Assembly: GCA_944358825.1 (NCBI GenBank)
Contig: CALVSA010000001.1
Span: 13,354 to 77,353, forward strand
DNA from: an uncultured Bacilli bacterium
GTDB lineage: Bacteria > Bacillota_I > Bacilli_A > RF39 > UBA660
Reading direction: 5' to 3'
Length of the DNA stretch: 64,000 nt
The notes below the pieces were generated by a model. The model had not been told where the DNA came from. It searched no databases and was given only the letters and a program-made list of their open reading frames with translations. This document shows, one piece after another, positions 58,297 to 64,000 of this stretch. The position numbers were made by a program, and so were the translations under genes. Each line of letters begins with the position of its first letter. The first letter of the stretch is position 1.

Positions 58297-60912
58297 TTAT
58301 ACGCCTGTATTTAATCCTTTTTTCTTTAAATAAATTTTTCTTATAAAATCAACTGGAATAACTGTTATGGCAATTAATAGCATAATTATAAATTCTTCTA
58401 TTGTTAAGCCTTTTGTTCTAAATATATTTCCCCCATAATAAATTAGATAAATTTGAACTACAATAATAAATGAAATAACTAACATAAAGGCTTTATTTTT
58501 ATATATTTGACTGAAGAGATTCAACCGATGAGTTCTGGCATTAAAACTATTAAAAATGGAAATAAAGATGAATAGACCGAAGAATGCTGTTAAAAGATAA
58601 ATATTATCTGGTGAATATCTAAATAAGTTTTTAATTATATCTAATTTCAAGAATAAAATACATAAAACTGCTGAATATAGACCAGTAATTATTATTTCAT
58701 TTATCATGTATTTGTTGATTATATTTTCATCTTTTTTCTTTGGTTTTTCTTCCATATATTCTAATTTTGGTGGTTCATAGGAAAAAGCTAGACCCGCGAG
58801 TGTATCCATAACCATATTTATCCAAAGCATTTGGATTACTGTTACTGGAGATGGTATTCCTATAAATGGACCAATTATTGATATGCTTACTGCACAAAGA
58901 TTTACTGTTAGTTGAAAAATGATAAATTTCCTTATACTTTTAAATATTGTTCTTCCATATAAAATAGCACTAGCAATTGATTTGAAATTATCATCTAATA
59001 CTACTATATCACTAGCTTCTTTAGCTACTTCCATACCACTTCCCATAGCAAAGCCAACGTCGGCTTTTTTTAATGCTAGTGAATCATTTACTCCATCACC
59101 TGTCATACCAACAACTAAATTTAATTCTTGTGATAATTTTACTAATCGGCTTTTATCTTGTGGTAGAGCACGAGAGACTACTTTTAGTTTAGGTATTTTT
59201 TCTTTTAACTCTTCATCTGTTAATTTATTTATCTCATCACTTGTTAATACTAAATCATCAATGTTTTTTACAAGTCCTATTTCTTTTGCAATTGATACGG
59301 CAGTATTTTTATTATCTCCTGTTATCATAACTGTTTGAATATGAGCTTTTTCTACTAATTCTATTCCCTCTTTAGCGTCCATTCTAATTTCGTCTTTAAT
59401 ATAAACTATGGCAATTAAGGTTAGATTATCAACACTATTTAAGATGTTTGTATTGTTGCTTGTGGCAAGGGCTATTGCTCTTATTCCTTTACTGGTCATA
59501 TTATCTATTTTACTTAATAATTCTTTTTTATTTTTTAAAAGATTTCTTTTTCCATCTAAATCATAATAATAATTACATTCATTTATTATTTTTTCAACAG
59601 CGCCTTTTACAAGCTTTATTTTATTATTATTTTTATCAATTATCGATATACTATATTTATTTTTACTATCAAATGCTAATTTATCAATTATTTGGACTTC
59701 TTTATTTTGTTTTGTTTTAACAAAATCCATTAATGATTTATCTGTTAAATTACCCCCTATTATGGTTGATGTTGTTGGATCATATATACTATCTGTATTA
59801 TATATAATACTATTTATTATTAATTCTTTATACTTTGGATAATTATTAAGTTCAATCATACTATTAAAACTATTATTAATACTACTTATTTGTATTACTT
59901 CCATTTTACCATTAGTTAGCGTTCCTGTTTTATCTGTAAATAATATATTTAGAGAGCCAGCTGTTTCAATTCCCACTAGTTTTCTTACTAAAACGTTATT
60001 TTTAACCATTCTTTTCATATTTGAAGATAAAACTAGGGTTATCATCATAGGAAGTCCTTCGGGAACTGCTACTACGATTATTGTTACTGATAAAGTTAGA
60101 GCTTGCAAGATATAAGAAAGTAGTAAGGGAAAGTTAGTTATAACACTACTTATGTTGTTTTCTATAAATATTTTAGAAAATAAATATGAAACAAAAACTA
60201 AAAATGCACATATATATCCGATTTTACTAATTAATTTAGCAAGATTAGCTAATCTTATTTTTAGAGGAGATGGTAAAGTTTTTTCTTGTAATTGTTGAGC
60301 TAAATTGCCATAAAAACTATCATTTCCAACTTTTGTTACTAACATTAATGCTGAACCTTCATATATAGTTGTAGCACGATATACTAAATTATTTTTAGTT
60401 ATTTTTTCTAAACTTAGACAACTTTCTTTATAAACTTCTTTAGTCTCTCCATTCATCATTGATTCATCTACAGTAATTTTTCCTTCAACAATTACTCCAT
60501 CAGCGGGTATTTTATCACCTGTATTTAGAATAACTATATCATCTTTTACGATATCATCTACATATATTTCTTCGACTTTGTTATTTCTTCTCACACGACA
60601 TTTGCTTTTACTTGATTCTTCTGTTAGTCTATCAAAAGCTTTTTGTGATCCATATTCTGATATTGCAGATATAAAAGACGCTAGAAAGATGGCTATTATT
60701 ATTCCAATTGTTTCATACCAATCAAAATCTTTTATTAAAAATATTATTTTTATTGCAAGTACTATTAATAATATTTTTATAATAGGATCTCCTAATGTTT
60801 CTAAAAACATATGAAAAAAAGTATTAGTTTTACTATTACTAATAGTATTACTACCATACTTTTTTCTTTTTTCAATTACTTGTTCATCTGTTAGTCCATA
60901 TTTATTATACAT
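58297..60912 (-). CDS. P-type cation-transporting ATPase (P2-type, Ca2+-ATPase-like).
   Basis: Phosphorylation site DKTGTLT, TGDN, and hinge GDGVNDSLALKKADVGFAMG, with about 10 TM helices. Size is 871 aa. Confidence 0.9.
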   Translation of the reverse strand: MYNKYGLTDEQVIEKRKKYGSNTISNSKTNTFFHMFLETLGDPIIKILLIVLAIKIIFLIKDFDWYETIGIIIAIFLASFISAISEYGSQKAFDRLTEESSKSKCRVRRNNKVEEIYVDDIVKDDIVILNTGDKIPADGVIVEGKITVDESMMNGETKEVYKESCLSLEKITKNNLVYRATTIYEGSALMLVTKVGNDSFYGNLAQQLQEKTLPSPLKIRLANLAKLISKIGYICAFLVFVSYLFSKIFIENNISSVITNFPLLLSYILQALTLSVTIIVVAVPEGLPMMITLVLSSNMKRMVKNNVLVRKLVGIETAGSLNILFTDKTGTLTNGKMEVIQISSINNSFNSMIELNNYPKYKELIINSIIYNTDSIYDPTTSTIIGGNLTDKSLMDFVKTKQNKEVQIIDKLAFDSKNKYSISIIDKNNNKIKLVKGAVEKIINECNYYYDLDGKRNLLKNKKELLSKIDNMTSKGIRAIALATSNNTNILNSVDNLTLIAIVYIKDEIRMDAKEGIELVEKAHIQTVMITGDNKNTAVSIAKEIGLVKNIDDLVLTSDEINKLTDEELKEKIPKLKVVSRALPQDKSRLVKLSQELNLVVGMTGDGVNDSLALKKADVGFAMGSGMEVAKEASDIVVLDDNFKSIASAILYGRTIFKSIRKFIIFQLTVNLCAVSISIIGPFIGIPSPVTVIQMLWINMVMDTLAGLAFSYEPPKLEYMEEKPKKKDENIINKYMINEIIITGLYSAVLCILFLKLDIIKNLFRYSPDNIYLLTAFFGLFIFISIFNSFNARTHRLNLFSQIYKNKAFMLVISFIIVVQIYLIYYGGNIFRTKGLTIEEFIIMLLIAITVIPVDFIRKIYLKKKGLNTGV

Positions 60913-61293
60913 AACTAGCCTCCTTACATTAAATATTATGTAAAAAGGACAAGTTTAAGATTAAATTCATATCATAAATTTCGAGCTTAATAGACTATTA
61001 GGGGGTGCGGGCTTAATAAGCGTATTGCTGTTTGATCAAAATCACTTGTTTCATATGCGTATGCGTCTATATTTTTTGTTGTTTTAGTTCTGTAACTAAA
61101 GTTAATTTCATTATACATCACTAGTATCATATTATCAGCTGATTTTTGTGTATTATGTTCTGCTGAAATTAATATTCACTATTTATAAGTTATATTATTT
61201 TCTATATTATCATCTATTTATTAATATTTTTCTCTGCATCTTTTTACTCGATACGAAAAAAATACAAGAAAGATATTCTAGTATTTTTTATTT

Positions 61294-61845
61294 CTAATTA
61301 TTGTTTAAAAAATTAGATATTTCATTAAATAAATTTGTCTCTTTATTCACCTTAATAACATTTATACCTAAGTTTTTAGCACTATTAACATTATCAATAT
61401 TATCATCTAAAAATAACAATTCTTTAGGACTTAAGTTAAATTTATTTAGAATATAGGTATAGAAGTTTTTATTAGGTTTAACTTTATGAATTTCTGCAGA
61501 GATTAAAACATCATCTAAATAATCTACACCAAATGCTTCACCTATAAAATTTCTAACAAATGAAACATGATTAGTTGCTATAATAATTTTTACATTATTA
61601 TATTTTTCTTTTATTTTCTTAAATAATAACTCATCTTTTACTTTATATAATTTATCGATTAACTCTTCAGTTGTTCGCATTAAAATTGAATCTTTTTCAA
61701 TTATTTTTCTTGCTTCTATTAAATAATCAGAATCATTGATATTATTTCCAAACATTCTTTCTAATTTATCTTCTTCTTCCGTCAAATCAATGTCTTTTTC
61801 TGTTACTAAAACTCCAACTAAATCAAATGCTATAACTTTAATCAC
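61294..61845 (-). CDS. HAD-superfamily hydrolase.
   Basis: Motif I-like IKVIAFDLVGVL (the second Asp is replaced) and motif IV FLDDNIDNVNSAKNLG. Confidence 0.55.
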   Translation of the reverse strand: MIKVIAFDLVGVLVTEKDIDLTEEEDKLERMFGNNINDSDYLIEARKIIEKDSILMRTTEELIDKLYKVKDELLFKKIKEKYNNVKIIIATNHVSFVRNFIGEAFGVDYLDDVLISAEIHKVKPNKNFYTYILNKFNLSPKELLFLDDNIDNVNSAKNLGINVIKVNKETNLFNEISNFLNNN

Positions 61846-61909
61846 TTTACTTCTCCTCTATTAAAATATTATATAAATTTAACATTTCTTCTTGTATTTT
61901 TTTTATAAC

Positions 61910-62893
61910 CTATATGTTATTATTAATTAACACTTTTTTATTAATAACACATTTTAAGTATTCATCATAGTTATCTACTATAAAATAAATATCGTCAATT
62001 AAAGTATTGATATCTTTATTAAGCATATTACAAGTTATTAATAATCTTTTTTTCAATTCTAGTTTAGAAATTCTTTGCAATTCTTCAAATGATATTCTAG
62101 TTGTTTTTTTCGTATTAGCATTATAATATTCTATATATTTAGATAATAATATTAATTTTATATATGCACTTCTTTTCCTGTTATTAATATTAGACACTTT
62201 AAACCCTACTAATAAAGATAAACTTATCGGATGTAACATTTCATTTAAGTTTTTTGTTTCATATAACGGATTAAATCTATGTGAAATGGAATAAAATTTA
62301 TTACCAAAACAATTCTTATTCTTACCATTAATTACTTGCATATATGGATATAATTCATTATCCTCTATATTATTATTATGCATTATAGAAAACTTACATT
62401 CTTTTATTTTTATAATTTTTGAATTTTCACCTTTATAAAATGAAATAGGCTTATTAATATATAATCCTGGATCATATATAGTAATATAAACTTTGTTTTT
62501 TCTTTTAGTAATCCATACTAAAGATATATGTGCCTCTTTTATAATTTCATCTCCATTATGAGTTGAGAATCCATTAGCTTTATATGACACATAATTACAA
62601 TTAATGCCTATTTTTTCAAGTTCTTTTTTTAAAACATTACATAAATAAAAGCAGTTATATTTTATATTTTTAAAATCACTTACTTGCCACTCTTTATTTA
62701 ATTTTTCAATATTTCCATTACATCTTGTTCTAACTATAGTTATAAAATCAAATGTATCAATTACTTCTCTACTAATTACTTTTTTTAAAATGTATTTTGA
62801 TAAAAGATATTTAGACAAAGAAAAATTAGAAATACTATCTAAATCTATTTTTTCTTTTACAATATCAAAAGTGTTTTCTCTTTTTATTATCAT
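61910..62893 (-). CDS. Hypothetical protein with arylamine N-acetyltransferase (NAT)-like Cys-His-Asp arrangement.
   Basis: KYNCFYLCNVLKKELEKIGINC resembles NAT RGGYCFELNGLF..LL..LGF; AHISLVW and IYDPG stand in the His and Asp positions. Similarity is weak. Confidence 0.4.
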   Translation of the reverse strand: MIIKRENTFDIVKEKIDLDSISNFSLSKYLLSKYILKKVISREVIDTFDFITIVRTRCNGNIEKLNKEWQVSDFKNIKYNCFYLCNVLKKELEKIGINCNYVSYKANGFSTHNGDEIIKEAHISLVWITKRKNKVYITIYDPGLYINKPISFYKGENSKIIKIKECKFSIMHNNNIEDNELYPYMQVINGKNKNCFGNKFYSISHRFNPLYETKNLNEMLHPISLSLLVGFKVSNINNRKRSAYIKLILLSKYIEYYNANTKKTTRISFEELQRISKLELKKRLLITCNMLNKDINTLIDDIYFIVDNYDEYLKCVINKKVLINNNI

Positions 62894-63385
62894 TTATTTT
62901 TCTTCTTTATAAGTAATAAATTGCAATTCTTTTTTATTAATATTTTCTAATTGTTCTTTAAGAAAATCAGGTTTTATTGGGGCTGTTCCTAATTCTTCTA
63001 ATTTAAACCATTTAAATACCAAATTTTCTTGTTCTTCTATCCCATCAAATTCGTTATTTTTTAATATCCATTCATCACCTTTTACTAAAACTTTATGTCC
63101 AAAAATGAATTGATGATATTTATCTTCCCCAAATTCAAAGAAATATTCTGATACAGTTGATACATCACTAACATTAAATTTATTTAAACCTAGTTCTTCT
63201 TCTAATTCTCTTATAATAGTTTCTTTAGTAGTTTCTCCTACTCTTATTTTCCCACCTGGTAAAGCCCAAAATTCATCTTGCTTTCTTTTTTGGAATAAAA
63301 TATTATCATTATTTATAATAATTGCTACTGCACGACAATTTAATATATAATCTTCTATTCTTATATTTATATCTCTATTTTTCAT
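62894..63385 (-). CDS. NUDIX hydrolase.
   Basis: Nudix box GGKIRVGETTKETIIRELEEELGL. Confidence 0.8.
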   Translation of the reverse strand: MKNRDINIRIEDYILNCRAVAIIINNDNILFQKRKQDEFWALPGGKIRVGETTKETIIRELEEELGLNKFNVSDVSTVSEYFFEFGEDKYHQFIFGHKVLVKGDEWILKNNEFDGIEEQENLVFKWFKLEELGTAPIKPDFLKEQLENINKKELQFITYKEEK

Positions 63386-63387
63386 AT

Positions 63388-63897
63388 TTATTTTCTCCTC
63401 ATTGTTCTCATATATTTTTTATTTTTATGACATCCATCTATATAATCAATCAAATCGTTAACCATAAAATTTGGAGCGATATTTTCACTTAGTATTTGTT
63501 CCTTATCAAGCCATTTAAATACTAAATCTTTACCTTTTTCTGCTCCTACAAAAGATTCATCATGAAATAGAATATCCGAATTTTTTGGTAATTCCATACT
63601 ATATATAAATATAAATTCATGAAATTTTTTACCTTCATATTCAAAAAAGTTTTCTTTAACATCTAATAAATCATTAGGTATTTGTGGATCTAAATTTATT
63701 CCCAATTCTTCATTAAGTTCTCGTTTAACTGCGTGATACCCTTTTTCCATGATTGATATCTTTCCACCTGGTAAAGCCCAAAAATTATCTTTTTGTCTTT
63801 TTTGAAACAATATCTTATTATTATTAAATAAAATTCCAACTGCTCGACAGTTAACGGTAATTCCTTCAATCTCAAATTGTATATCAGTTTTTTCCAT
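63388..63897 (-). CDS. NUDIX hydrolase (tandem paralogue).
   Basis: Nudix box GGKISIMEKGYHAVKRELNEELGI. An AGGAGG RBS precedes the ATG. Confidence 0.8.
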   Translation of the reverse strand: MEKTDIQFEIEGITVNCRAVGILFNNNKILFQKRQKDNFWALPGGKISIMEKGYHAVKRELNEELGINLDPQIPNDLLDVKENFFEYEGKKFHEFIFIYSMELPKNSDILFHDESFVGAEKGKDLVFKWLDKEQILSENIAPNFMVNDLIDYIDGCHKNKKYMRTMRRK

Positions 63898-64000
63898 ATT
63901 TCCTCCTTTTCAATAAAACTTTAGCATTAATTTCTTCTATTATTCTTTCGGTATTGGCCTGTCCTTGTATTAAATTCCAACTTTCTACATCATTTAAAAA
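63884..64000 (-). CDS. Partial CDS (C-terminal 38 aa of a gene entering from beyond the window end).
   Basis: Open frame ...FLNDVESWNLIQGQANTERIIEEINAKVLLKRRKYGKN* ends at a TGA that overlaps the NUDIX start by 14 nt. Confidence 0.3.
   Translation of the reverse strand, partial: FLNDVESWNLIQGQANTERIIEEINAKVLLKRRKYGKN

Noticed and set aside
60990-61040. Resemblance of GCTTAATAAGCG to the tmRNA tag-end/stop region, and of GGGGGTGCGGGC to a tRNA-like acceptor.
   Set aside because: There is no GGTTCGA T-loop, no CCA-terminated acceptor pairing, and no flanking structure of tmRNA length. Similarity is limited to about 12 nt.
1-64000. Scan for CRISPR arrays, rRNA genes, IS elements, inverted-repeat-bounded transposons, integrases or phage genes.
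   Set aside because: No regularly spaced direct repeats, no transposase- or integrase-like ORFs, and no rRNA-like conserved stretches were seen. The only notable nucleotide repeat is the intragenic dockerin duplication.

Overview
This 64 kb window is a very AT-rich (roughly one-quarter GC by eye), gene-dense chromosomal segment from a low-GC Gram-positive bacterium (Firmicutes-type). It uses the standard genetic code: long ORFs read through without TGA-as-Trp. About 95% is coding, and nearly every gene from ~12 kb to ~50 kb lies on the minus strand, which looks like a leading-strand array. Many genes are translationally coupled with 1-20 nt overlaps.

Recognisable content, in order:
- radC;
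- a transglutaminase-like membrane protein;
- a spoVID-ysxE-like sporulation pair, which argues for an endospore former;
- compact addB-addA;
- a PLP enzyme, an LD-carboxypeptidase and a lone tRNA-His;
- murD-ldh, a NodB deacetylase, an HD hydrolase and mscS;
- a CDP-ribitol module (rpe, tarJ-like, tarI-like), then hemW;
- three tandem paralogous Tim44/NTF2-like proteins, two with C-terminal zinc ribbons;
- a short smc and obg;
- a ~12 kb cell-wall glycopolymer locus. It holds a GT-C-like membrane protein, a Wzy-like/GT4 fusion, GT2, Wzx, WecB, a GT32-like protein, TagF-like, a split Alg14/Alg13 pair, a NodB deacetylase and a decayed acyltransferase-3 pseudogene;
- two cadherin-like surface proteins. 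One is an SH3b/GH73-like peptidoglycan hydrolase that ends in a type-I dockerin;
- rnhB and lon;
- an orphan Flp-type pilin;
- glyQS and a SPOR-domain protein;
- an orphan GspE/ComGA-type ATPase with a long Asn-rich tail;
- ymcA-like and miaB;
- a divergent RNB-domain protein, lepA and trmB;
- an M/N-rich small protein;
- a Ca-type P-type ATPase;
- a HAD hydrolase, a NAT-like protein and two tandem NUDIX hydrolases.

I see no CRISPR array, rRNA, obvious mobile element, T-box or riboswitch.

The most unusual items are the tandem Tim44-like/zinc-ribbon trio coupled to smc, the dockerin-bearing autolysin with its internal nucleotide duplication, the stand-alone Flp pilin, and the organisation of the glycopolymer locus. 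I could not identify a clearly new defence-type system from sequence alone.
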